A DNA stretch of 64,000 nucleotides from IMG/VR virus record IMGVR_UViG_2681813233_000007; one strand, written 5' to 3'. Positions 20,420 through 29,088 of the stretch are shown here, piece after piece; the first letter of the stretch is position 1, and each line of letters starts with the position of its first letter. Source of the stretch: a virus (lineage: Duplodnaviria > Heunggongvirae > Uroviricota > Caudoviricetes). The notes under the pieces were generated by a model. The model worked only from the letters and a program-made list of their open reading frames with translations. It ran no database searches and was not told the DNA's origin. A program made the translations under genes and the position numbers.

Positions 20420-21087
20420 TGTTTGCCTCCTTTGCGAATCCGGGCGGCTAACTCGTCACATATGTGCGTCAAAGAGAAAAGTTTGATTGATGGGTGTTCG
20501 CGCATCATCTCCAATCCCTGCGCCCGGACTTCAGCTAGGAAAGCATCAGTGGTTGGCGTTTCAGGTATCTGTCTCCTCATCCGTTCTACTGCATGATTGA
20601 ACCCGAAGTCTTCCGCGAGAGATACGTCATCCATATTGTCATTGTCATCCTCAATATCCAGTGGTTCTGGAATTGCAGACTTTATTCCCGCATTCTCCGC
20701 CGCCAGCGCCGCGCGATTACCCTCCAGCTCTGCAATGCGCTGTTTTGCGGTATCAAGTTCAATCGATAATTTTTCCAACTGCTCTTTATGCTTCTTGTAT
20801 TCCTGATATGCGTGCCAGGACTGACCTTTGCGCACACTATCAGTAATATCAGTAATCTGTTCTGGTGTTAGCGTAGTCAGTGGCTGTGCTGGGAAAATCA
20901 GCACTTTCCCGGAATCCCAATCAAAACCAGCGTGAATTGACTGAACCTCAATTGAAGGTGTTGAACCAACGCTGCCAGGCGAATGAACAACGATCGTTAC
21001 ATCCATATCGCGACGATGGCTGTGGTTATTGGACAAAATACGATTCACCAACTCAGAAAATTTGGAGAATTTCATGCGGAGCCTCAA
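20416..21087 (-). CDS. hypothetical protein
   Basis: ORF track; C-terminal TDAFLAEVRA segment shared with 21491..21994. Confidence 0.5.
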   Translation of the reverse strand: MRLRMKFSKFSELVNRILSNNHSHRRDMDVTIVVHSPGSVGSTPSIEVQSIHAGFDWDSGKVLIFPAQPLTTLTPEQITDITDSVRKGQSWHAYQEYKKHKEQLEKLSIELDTAKQRIAELEGNRAALAAENAGIKSAIPEPLDIEDDNDNMDDVSLAEDFGFNHAVERMRRQIPETPTTDAFLAEVRAQGLEMMREHPSIKLFSLTHICDELAARIRKGGKQ

Positions 21088-21494
21088 TATGCAAAATAGA
21101 CAGTTGCCACACCGTTATAGTGATCAAACGATACGGCGTTTACTTCATAGCTGGCAGGAAGCTTCGAGCCGAGAACGTATCCGGGCCACGTTTTCCATGG
21201 AATTTCTCTACTCTCACTATCCCCATATACCGTACATCCAAGCGAACCTACAGCCTCGTCAGAACGTTTGCCGCATGTTATGAAACCTATATTTTTCTTG
21301 CTGGCCTTAATGGCGATTGGGTGAACACTGGCTGATGCATTGGCAGCACGCTGTGACTGTTGGTTTGCGATATTCGCAGAGTTCGCAGCAGCTACAGCAG
21401 CCGTGGTCGCGGCGGTAGATGCCACAATAACTGCTGAAGCCTGCGCCTGTTGGGTAATGGTCAGCAATGCCGCCACAAAAATCATCTTCTTCAC
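21084..21494 (-). CDS. secreted protein (signal peptide)
   Basis: MKKMIFVAALLTITQQAQASA. Confidence 0.5.
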   Translation of the reverse strand: MKKMIFVAALLTITQQAQASAVIVASTAATTAAVAAANSANIANQQSQRAANASASVHPIAIKASKKNIGFITCGKRSDEAVGSLGCTVYGDSESREIPWKTWPGYVLGSKLPASYEVNAVSFDHYNGVATVYFAY

Positions 21495-21994
21495 TTGTCA
21501 GCTCCTTTGCGAATCTGTTCCGCCCATTCTTCAAGGGATTTCTCCGCATATTCACCGGACAGGCCATCAATCGGGTGCGATTCATTAGCCAACTCTTCTT
21601 TCGCTGACAGAATCATGCGCGTAACGTCGAAAACTTCACGTAAAGACTTATTGATAAATCCGTGGTTGAAAGCAGCAGCAAGACGGCTTGCGGTATAGTT
21701 AATCCCCTCGTTGCGAGCCTCCGCACGAATTTCAGCCAGGAAAGCATCGGTGACTGGCATATTTCCTGTTGCCTTCATGGCCTCCAAAATAACCAGAACG
21801 CCATCTCTCCCTACCTCCTCGCAGATAACCTCGGTGTTGTCGCCAACAACATCGCAGAATGCCTGAACTGCTTTACGAGCAAGTGCATTCTCCGCCGCCA
21901 GCGCAGCACACGCTTTCTCAAGTCGGGAAATTTCCGTTACATACTCAGCGTTACGCTCTGCCAGTTGTGCGGGCGTTAAACCTTCAGACTTCAT
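21491..21994 (-). CDS. hypothetical protein
   Basis: ORF track; paralogous segment with 20416..21087. Confidence 0.5.
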   Translation of the reverse strand: MKSEGLTPAQLAERNAEYVTEISRLEKACAALAAENALARKAVQAFCDVVGDNTEVICEEVGRDGVLVILEAMKATGNMPVTDAFLAEIRAEARNEGINYTASRLAAAFNHGFINKSLREVFDVTRMILSAKEELANESHPIDGLSGEYAEKSLEEWAEQIRKGADK

Positions 21995-22301
21995 ACACTC
22001 TCCTTTCGAAATAAACGTACTGATTAATCATGCCCAGGGGCATTTCGAGTTTTTCCGCGATCTCACGGCGGGGAACGCCACACTGATGAAGCTGCCGCGC
22101 CAGCTCTATATCGCTCTGCCGGTATTTGGCTGACTGGTGAAAGTCACCTTTCAGAATCATGCTGATCCCAAGCTCTCGCGCTTTAGTCCTGACGGCATCA
22201 CCGGTACGACCGATCAGCTTCCCAATACTCTCGACCGTCATAGTTCCGGCGCACTGGCGGAGTATCATGATTTCTGCCCTTCCCCATCCCCGCCAGCTCA
22301 C
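21984..22301 (-). CDS. hypothetical DNA-binding-like protein
   Basis: ORF track. Confidence 0.45.
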   Translation of the reverse strand: MSWRGWGRAEIMILRQCAGTMTVESIGKLIGRTGDAVRTKARELGISMILKGDFHQSAKYRQSDIELARQLHQCGVPRREIAEKLEMPLGMINQYVYFERRVYEV

Positions 22302-22936
22302 GCAGAACTCCTTCTAACCAAAAGAACGCCATCTTCAGAAACAACGTTGCAGGACTTCAGGTAATTCATTGCCTCTTTCGGTAATGGATTCTTTGGATCG
22401 GCGTTTGCCAGGGATTTCGATAACCTCATGATAAATTTGATCATTACCTTCTGGCGGAGCTTGTGCTCATGAGATAAAGAAAGGTAATAGGAAATGGTAT
22501 GGGCTAAACGCTCACGAAGCTGTTCTGTGCCGTGATATACAGCAGCGATATCACGCAGTGCATTGACCAGTTCCCGGTAAATATGCGGAGCAACCTGGCA
22601 TTCAATGTTGGTTGGTGACTCATAAATTACAGTCAGCCCCAGCTTTTCAGCCAGCGCGTGCTCTGCACGAGCACCAACCGATTCTTCCCATCGATTGAGC
22701 AAATAAATCGCATCAGCAGAACGCACCATTGCCAGGCAAATATCCATGTATTCACTCTGGCAAAGGCCACCAGGTAACACCGCTGGATTCAGAACGATAT
22801 GCCCTTCAGCCATCAGCTCGCTCGCTTTCGCATTAAACGCCGCACGGTTGTAATCTGGATAACCAGTCATCGGCCCCGCGATGTAAATTTTCAAAATACG
22901 TTTCACCATCAAAATTTCCCCAAAATCGTGACGCAA
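22298..22936 (-). CDS. DUF4406 / nucleoside 2-deoxyribosyltransferase-like protein
   Basis: KIYIAGPMTGYPDYN motif; true start may be the ATG 27 nt downstream. Confidence 0.5.
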   Translation of the reverse strand: MRHDFGEILMVKRILKIYIAGPMTGYPDYNRAAFNAKASELMAEGHIVLNPAVLPGGLCQSEYMDICLAMVRSADAIYLLNRWEESVGARAEHALAEKLGLTVIYESPTNIECQVAPHIYRELVNALRDIAAVYHGTEQLRERLAHTISYYLSLSHEHKLRQKVMIKFIMRLSKSLANADPKNPLPKEAMNYLKSCNVVSEDGVLLVRRSSA

Positions 22937-23181
22937 AACATAAGCACTGCGAAAAGCTCAATACCAAGCTCAAGTAGCGCCAACGCCCCGAAAAACAACA
23001 CATAGAACAGGCCAATCTCATTCACAGATGGCTGGTGGATCGCACTTAAAGCTATAAGCATCATGTCCTCCAAACAGTTATCAGGAATGATATTAATGTT
23101 TTGTGTTAGAAAATCAATTTTGAATATCTAACCATTTTGATCAATCATAGAAAAATCGCTGAAAAGTAAGAGGCAGCCATC

Positions 23182-23760
23182 ATGCAGAAACAGAGCTACT
23201 GGGAGAAACAGAGACAAAAAGCCATGCAAAGATTGGCTGACCCGGCCTGGCGAGAGGAACAAAGGGCAAAGCGCCTTCAACAAGCTCAACGCCAGCAGCA
23301 GCGAGCGAGAGAAAAAGCCGCATCGCCTGAATATCGGCAAAAGAGAATTGAAAAAGCAAAGCAATATGACCAGCGGAGAAAAGAGAAAGCTGTATCCGCT
23401 CCGTCCAAAAAAACACGCACGTCACGCGGCCTGAAGGGCAGATCACTCACAGCCGATGAACGCCGGATACAGACCGCTATCGGTACTCTCCCCTGCATTG
23501 CCTGCCATATTCACGGGCAACATAGCCCAGTGGTATCCCTGCACCATATCTTCGGGAGAACGGCAGAGAACGCGCATAAATATGTCCTCCCTTTGTGTAA
23601 ATGGCACCACCAGTACGCAGCGCCAGCCGAGGTCCGAGAACAATATCCCTGGCTGGTCCCTGTTCATGCTGATGGAAAAATAGGCGGAAAAGCAGATTTC
23701 ATACGGCACAATGCCGATGAAATGGCGTTGTATCAGATGGCAATTGAATTGATAAATTAG
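23182..23760 (+). CDS. ref: Ref-like HNH endonuclease (recombination enhancement function)
   Basis: Highly charged N-terminal half, C-terminal LPCIACHIHG...SLHHI...LCKWHHQYAAPAEVREQYPWLVPVHADG as in P1 Ref. Confidence 0.8.
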   Translation: MQKQSYWEKQRQKAMQRLADPAWREEQRAKRLQQAQRQQQRAREKAASPEYRQKRIEKAKQYDQRRKEKAVSAPSKKTRTSRGLKGRSLTADERRIQTAIGTLPCIACHIHGQHSPVVSLHHIFGRTAENAHKYVLPLCKWHHQYAAPAEVREQYPWLVPVHADGKIGGKADFIRHNADEMALYQMAIELIN

Positions 23761-24091
23761 TTTTCTAACATTTTAAGTTGAATTGGAAATTTCTCCGATG
23801 TACATTCACTACCGATTGGCACACCGGTCAACTTTTTGAGACAAACTGTTTAGTTTTTCGTATTATTGCCGCCGCCATACCTATGGCGGTGCAATATAGG
23901 TGGCTGAAAAGCCCCCGTTGACTCACGGTGTTCCAGCCTTTATTGCGCCGCCACCAGACCGTGGAACAGTCGATGGCGGCTCCGAAAGCAAGGAGTCACT
24001 ACACTATGAACAACTACAGTCTTTTCCCATCACTCGTCGTCCACCACTCACGCGATAATCTGCATTCTTTACTCGCGCTGGGGGTGTCAAA

Positions 24092-24258
24092 ATGACTGTT
24101 CGCTACCTCAACTTTCAAATCAAGAACATTACTGGCGGTTGCTATGACTGGTTTGTCACTCTCGGAAAAGAAGTGATCACCGGGAAGCTGGATGAAGTGA
24201 AAGCTAAAGCAATGGCCTACGCCTGCAAGCAAGCCCGGAAAAAATCCGCCAAAGCATA
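24092..24258 (+). CDS. small ORF (55 aa), coupled to a 27-codon upstream ORF at 24007..24094
   Basis: Own reading; below the 60-aa track cut-off; stop/start overlap TGATG-like. Confidence 0.3.
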
Positions 24259-24299
24259 AAATACTGACTGTTGCGCCCTGGCATTATCGTGGGGTATAT

Positions 24300-24386
24300 T
24301 TCTACGGCACCTTAGAAAAACGGGTGCCGGGATTGGAACCCCGGATAATGTCAAAGGCGACACAGACGCCGAAAGCGTCTTTTTTT
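24300..24386 (+). ncRNA. candidate small structured RNA ending in an intrinsic terminator (c4-like antisense regulator candidate)
   Basis: Hairpins GGCACC...GGTGCC and CCGGG...CCCGG, then GACGC-CGAAA-GCGTC + T7; near-complement of hairpin 2 at 24489-24500. Confidence 0.3.
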
Positions 24387-24571
24387 GTGTCATGCCATCG
24401 CACAGCCATACGTAGCGTTTAGCTCAGAGATCAATGGTAGTGCTGGCTGGGCTGCCGAAAGGCAGGCCGGTTCCCTTTGACGCCGGTAGTTCCAACCCAG
24501 TCAGTGCTACCGCCATTGAGATTGGAACCTCACGCGGTAGCTCCTTAACTTAGTCAAAGGAGGCTGCCAAT

Positions 24572-24787
24572 ATGGCTACTATCCCCACCCCAACTCATTC
24601 TGAATTTATCTGGCGTTTCTATTCCTGCCAAAAACACCTCTATATCTGCGTCATGGCTGCTACCGAAGCAGAAGCGCGCTCATGCATTCCCGAAGAACCC
24701 TGCATTTTTGCTGCTCGCTTCACTCTTGATGCGATGGAGATCCTCAATTACTGGAATCTGCCGATGAACTGCGTGGAGGTGCACTGA
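24572..24787 (+). CDS. small ORF coupled to antirepressor (icd-like position)
   Basis: AAGGAGG RBS; stop overlaps antirepressor ATG. Confidence 0.45.
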   Translation: MATIPTPTHSEFIWRFYSCQKHLYICVMAATEAEARSCIPEEPCIFAARFTLDAMEILNYWNLPMNCVEVH

Positions 24788-25728
24788 TGAATCTGTCCAT
24801 CTCTCAAAAAGCGACAATGACCAGTATTGAGATCGCGGAACTGGTAGGTAAGCGTCATGATAATGTGAAGCGTACCATTGAAGTATTAACTAAAGGTGGT
24901 GTCATTCAATTTCCTCAAATTGAGGAAATTGAAAATAAACAATCAGTTGGCCCTCGTCGATTTTCCAAGGCTTACATCTTTGAAGGCGAACAAGGCAAGC
25001 GTGACAGTATCATTGTCGTCGCACAGCTTTCTCCCGAATTTACCGCCCGGCTGGTGGACCGCTGGCGCGAACTGGAGAATGCCCGGGTACAGTTAAAATC
25101 AAAAGCCGAAATCCTAGCTGAAATGGCGCAAATGCATCTTGAGCATGAACGCCGGATCAACGCCGTTAATGCCCAGGTAGCCGAAGTATCGGCACAAGTG
25201 TCCAAAGTCGCTGAAACCGTCGAGCAAATCAAGAAAGGCAATATGCCGGAAGGCTACATTGGCTACCGCCAGCTGGCGGCGAAATGCGGCCTGACTGAAG
25301 CCAAATGTCGCAACCTTGTCAACGCTTACCGGATTCCCACCGATACACATGAGTTTTTGACCCCCGATGGCTTGCTTGCGCGACGCTCCATTGTGGCCCT
25401 GGCCCCCTTCCGGAAAGCCTTTAAGCAGGTGATGTCGGAGGCAGAACCACGCAATAAACGCTGGTATCATCCAAAGATGGGGATGTTTCAGGCAATCCAC
25501 CATCCTGTGCCTGAAAGTCCAAAGGCAAACCTGTCGTTGCATACCGCCAGAGAGAGGATTAAAACAGGGTATGCAATCGTATGCCGTCGAGCATCTTGGC
25601 CTGAAGGTGTATGGGTATGGCCCGAAGGTGGATCACGAAAGCACTGGCGCACTATCCGGGATGGGAAAATCCATGCGATTGATTTAGCTCCAGAGGATGT
25701 TGTTGCTACGGACTGGATTGTTAGTTAA
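24787..25728 (+). CDS. Rha-family antirepressor-like protein with C-terminal DUF2829-like domain
   Basis: N-terminal MTSIEIAELVGKRHDNVKRTIEVL (Rha-type); C-terminal IKTGYAIVCRRASWPEG ... VVATDWIVS. Confidence 0.75.
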   Translation: MNLSISQKATMTSIEIAELVGKRHDNVKRTIEVLTKGGVIQFPQIEEIENKQSVGPRRFSKAYIFEGEQGKRDSIIVVAQLSPEFTARLVDRWRELENARVQLKSKAEILAEMAQMHLEHERRINAVNAQVAEVSAQVSKVAETVEQIKKGNMPEGYIGYRQLAAKCGLTEAKCRNLVNAYRIPTDTHEFLTPDGLLARRSIVALAPFRKAFKQVMSEAEPRNKRWYHPKMGMFQAIHHPVPESPKANLSLHTARERIKTGYAIVCRRASWPEGVWVWPEGGSRKHWRTIRDGKIHAIDLAPEDVVATDWIVS

Positions 25729-25736
25729 TTACTGTT

Positions 25737-25758
25737 GCCCCGGCCTGTCCGGGGCTTT
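25737..25758 (+). terminator. hairpin after antirepressor gene
   Basis: GCCCCGG-CCTGT-CCGGGGC + TTT. Confidence 0.4.
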
Positions 25759-26208
25759 AACTACTAAATAACCGGATTCTCCGCACGATGAAGAAAATAG
25801 ATTTCACTTACTCTGCTGCCACAATCCAGCGACGTTTCAGTCTCATAAGGGAAGTGGAACTATCAAAAAACTGGTATCAAATTCTACTGGATGAAGAGTT
25901 TTCACTGATGGTTATAGCATAAAAATTGGCTATGCCGAATGACCGGCACAAGGTCATAGCCAGCCTGGATCTGGTGACAAACAGATACTGGGAATCCGAG
26001 GAACTACTTGAAGTTGGCTTGATACGCGAGATGATAGAACAGGCTGTTCCCCTCCACTTACAGCAACCATAATTGAAAGGTCTTAACGATAGTCTGCCAC
26101 GAATAGTTACTTTCACTGCCTAAAGTTATTTAATTGCATTACAAAGTGTAAATTAGTAACATTAGAATCTCACACAGCACTATAACTATATGTTTTTTAT
26201 GTAAAAGG

Positions 26209-26568
26209 ATGATAATCGTGGCTACTAAAATTAAACTTGAAAACCCTCAAACTGGCGAATCAATCACCGGTTTTTATGGTTTTTCCTGGACTACATTCTT
26301 GTTTGGTGCTTTTCCAGCTTTGTTCAGGAAAGACTTTATAACTTTTATTGGGGTATTCGTAGTGATGCTGATACTGGCATTCCTCACAGCCGGAATTGGC
26401 CCGTGGATTGCCTCATTTATCTGGGCGTTCATGTATAATAAATATTTCACCGTAAATAAGATAAAACAAGGCTTCATTTTTGCTGGTTCTCACACAGAAA
26501 ATGAGTTGGCTGCTAGCAAGCTAGGATTGTCATTAAATCAAAACAACTGCAAAACTATTACCGAGTAA
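26209..26568 (+). CDS. small membrane protein (2 TM helices)
   Basis: ORF track; AT-rich; GTG start 6 nt in is possible. Confidence 0.5.
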   Translation: MIIVATKIKLENPQTGESITGFYGFSWTTFLFGAFPALFRKDFITFIGVFVVMLILAFLTAGIGPWIASFIWAFMYNKYFTVNKIKQGFIFAGSHTENELAASKLGLSLNQNNCKTITE

Positions 26569-26608
26569 TAGCCAAAAAGCAGGCTTAATAGTAAGCCTGC
26601 TATGTCAA

Positions 26609-27493
26609 TCACGAATCTCTCTGACAATTCAGAAACATAAACGCCCGCTTGTCTGTTAAATCCGTAACATAATACTCTCTCATGCCTGTAGGTTTTATTC
26701 TACGAGCATATACAAACTTATGAACTGGTTGTTTTTCCCCATAACTTACATCAGTCCTAAATTCATCAACCACGCTACCATCTTTTTCGACTTCCTTCCT
26801 CACCAGCTTATTTTCTAATGCTGGCTTTAATTCGTCCATGCCACTAAAAGCATCCTGGCCTGTACTATTGCCTCGATTTCCGCGCGGCAAATCCCAGGAG
26901 AAATAAGTGCCATAGTCAGTAATCACACGATCCCAGACTCCGGTATCCCCCATATAGTTAGAGCGCTTTCCATTGTAGGTTACAGCCACTTTACAGGAGT
27001 ACGTTTCTTCATTCCCTCCAGCCTTAGTCGCTGTGGTTGCAGGGATATTTTGGATAGATGCGCTTACGTCATCTTGCGTTAATTCCTCAACTGGAGCAAA
27101 TTCATATATGGGTGTGCCGAGGCTATTTAAATATAACTTATATCTAACCCTAAGCGCACTTCCATCTGAGAATTCATACGTTCCCAGGCATTGGAGCTTA
27201 TTTTTTTCTCTTATCTCATTGATCTGATTATAAGCATCAATTACAGAGATTGCTTCCTGATCGTCCTTCAGCAGTTCATTATAATCATCAATTAACATCT
27301 GTCTGGTTTTAGGGGCATTGCAGTCAATTTTGCTAAAATCATAAGCAAAGGCAAATGTGGGAACAGAGAGAGCAACAACAGTAGCAAGTATTGTTGAGGA
27401 ACATCTTTTTCCATTTTTTATAAAAAACATTTCATTAACTCCATACTTTACCATCTTAGCCGCGAGCGCGGTCCCTAAAACCATTAACTTCAC
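26609..27493 (-). CDS. secreted protein of unknown function (AT-rich gene)
   Basis: Signal peptide MFFIKNGKRCSSTILATVVALSVPTFAFA (true start probably 27430). Confidence 0.5.
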   Translation of the reverse strand: MKLMVLGTALAAKMVKYGVNEMFFIKNGKRCSSTILATVVALSVPTFAFAYDFSKIDCNAPKTRQMLIDDYNELLKDDQEAISVIDAYNQINEIREKNKLQCLGTYEFSDGSALRVRYKLYLNSLGTPIYEFAPVEELTQDDVSASIQNIPATTATKAGGNEETYSCKVAVTYNGKRSNYMGDTGVWDRVITDYGTYFSWDLPRGNRGNSTGQDAFSGMDELKPALENKLVRKEVEKDGSVVDEFRTDVSYGEKQPVHKFVYARRIKPTGMREYYVTDLTDKRAFMFLNCQRDS

Positions 27494-27724
27494 TGCACCG
27501 TTCCTTCATGCAATCAAAATGACTTTTATGTTATAAAAATAATCAGCCAAATCAACATGATTTAGGCCAAATTTCTGTCAAAAAATAAAATCCACAAAAA
27601 GTGGTTGACACTATTTTGGAAATCACAAACTGCACATAATCCATCGCGCTAACGGCTCCCGTTGAAGGTTCTTTTGACGATTAACTTTCAGCCGAAGCGC
27701 GGTAGGGAGTCATAACGCCAAAGC

Positions 27725-27749
27725 AGGCCGCCATGTGCGGCCTTTTTTT
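27725..27749 (+). terminator. intrinsic terminator-like hairpin in the leader of the 27777 operon
   Basis: AGGCCGC-CATGT-GCGGCCT + T6; the track's GTG start at 27735 lies inside it. Confidence 0.45.
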
Positions 27750-27776
27750 GTATCCGTCATCCGTGGAGGAAGGACA

Positions 27777-28430
27777 ATGGAAAAGATCGCAATATTCAGC
27801 CTGACCACCAGCAAGCCTCAAATGCTCACTGCAATACTGAAAGACGGTGCTCTCATTATTAACGAAGTAAAACCCCTTCCCGCGTCAGCATTGGAGCAAA
27901 AGCAAAAAATTCCTCCAGCTATAGCAGCCCTGCGGAAAAGCAAATTTAAGGTACTGGTAGACGAAATTACGCCAACGATCTCCGCTGGCACCGGAGCAAG
28001 CCAGGTGACTCTCAAGACCCGTCATGCCGATGGCAGAGCAGCAATCATCGTCGGGATGGAGAGATACAGAGAGTTAAAACTCCAGAAGCTATTATCCCTG
28101 CCGCAAAATAACAAAGGTGCTTTCGAAATCCCCGACTCCATCGTTGACACCGAATACAACGGTAACGGAGAAGAAGTCTACCGGGTGAACTGGCAGGATA
28201 TCAGGCCGGAACATATTCTGATGATCCTGTGTTGCTACGCGACCGTATACCACAACGTTGCCAGTGCAGATTACGTAGAGCAGATGACCGGTACAGTCGA
28301 GAAAGAGCAAAAAACAGGCATACTCGCTTCGTTCCTTTCCATTATTGGGCATGAAAAAGTTAAAGCAGGCACCTCCCAGCCAAAGTCACTGGCCGGGAAA
28401 GAAGTTGATGAAGATACCGTGATACTTTGA
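27777..28430 (+). CDS. hypothetical protein
   Basis: Start moved to ATG 27777 with GGAGGAAGGA RBS. Confidence 0.5.
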   Translation: MEKIAIFSLTTSKPQMLTAILKDGALIINEVKPLPASALEQKQKIPPAIAALRKSKFKVLVDEITPTISAGTGASQVTLKTRHADGRAAIIVGMERYRELKLQKLLSLPQNNKGAFEIPDSIVDTEYNGNGEEVYRVNWQDIRPEHILMILCCYATVYHNVASADYVEQMTGTVEKEQKTGILASFLSIIGHEKVKAGTSQPKSLAGKEVDEDTVIL

Positions 28431-28565
28431 TCACATTAGTAGCTTTGTTAACTCCCTCAATACCAGGTAGAAGAGTAACAAAAATATTGACGCAAGTATT
28501 TGCGTGGTCAATGAGGCGTTCATAAACAGATCAATAAGCTTTAACAATTCTAGAATAACATCCAT
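28431..28565 (-). CDS. candidate small hydrophobic peptide (44 aa)
   Basis: Own translation MDVILELLKLIDLFMNASLTTQILASIFLLLFYLVLRELTKLLM; GGAG 8 nt upstream; in a 330-bp gap. Confidence 0.3.
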   Translation of the reverse strand: MDVILELLKLIDLFMNASLTTQILASIFLLLFYLVLRELTKLLM

Positions 28566-28758
28566 GTCATTCACTCCGTTTAATTTTTAATCTAATGCCA
28601 GCAAATGAAGCTGGCCCCCGCATAAAGATTAATGAAAGTCACTTGTCACCAGTGAGGGGATTTATGAACCACATCCCCCTGAACTGGTGGCCTGTCTGTT
28701 TCTCGCATTTCACACCCTGCATACAGTTTCCCCCAGGTTATGACTGAGAGGCTTTGTT

Positions 28759-29088
28759 ATGGGCTATAGCAGACTCGACGATAGGTACATTGAAGACGAT
28801 ATTTTTCGTGCGCTGTTTCACCAGGAAATGATTAAGCGGGTATCGGAGTATCACTCTGATAATTTCCAGTACACGATAAAGATTGATGAAGTATATCGTT
28901 CAGACCTTGCAGCCTACAGGGCGTATGGCAATGCAGATTTGCGCTGGGTATTCCGGGTGCTGGTGGGCCATGAGTCAGAAATGGAAGAAATGCCCGCAGG
29001 GACCACGTTAACTCTTCCTGATGTGGCATGGCTGAGGAACAAGATCCGTGATTACGCAAGCGCGAAACCGGAGATAGAAAATGCCTGA
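28759..29088 (+). CDS. hypothetical protein
   Basis: ORF track; 8-nt overlap with next gene. Confidence 0.5.
   Translation: MGYSRLDDRYIEDDIFRALFHQEMIKRVSEYHSDNFQYTIKIDEVYRSDLAAYRAYGNADLRWVFRVLVGHESEMEEMPAGTTLTLPDVAWLRNKIRDYASAKPEIENA

Noticed and set aside
24410-24540. Possible tRNA (TAGCTCAGAG D-loop-like and GGTTCC T-arm-like strings)
   Set aside because: Could not fold a cloverleaf with acceptor stem and anticodon arm; more consistent with a structured regulatory RNA region.
27735-27776. GTG start of the track ORF at 27735
   Set aside because: Lies inside a terminator hairpin; ATG at 27777 with a strong RBS is preferred.
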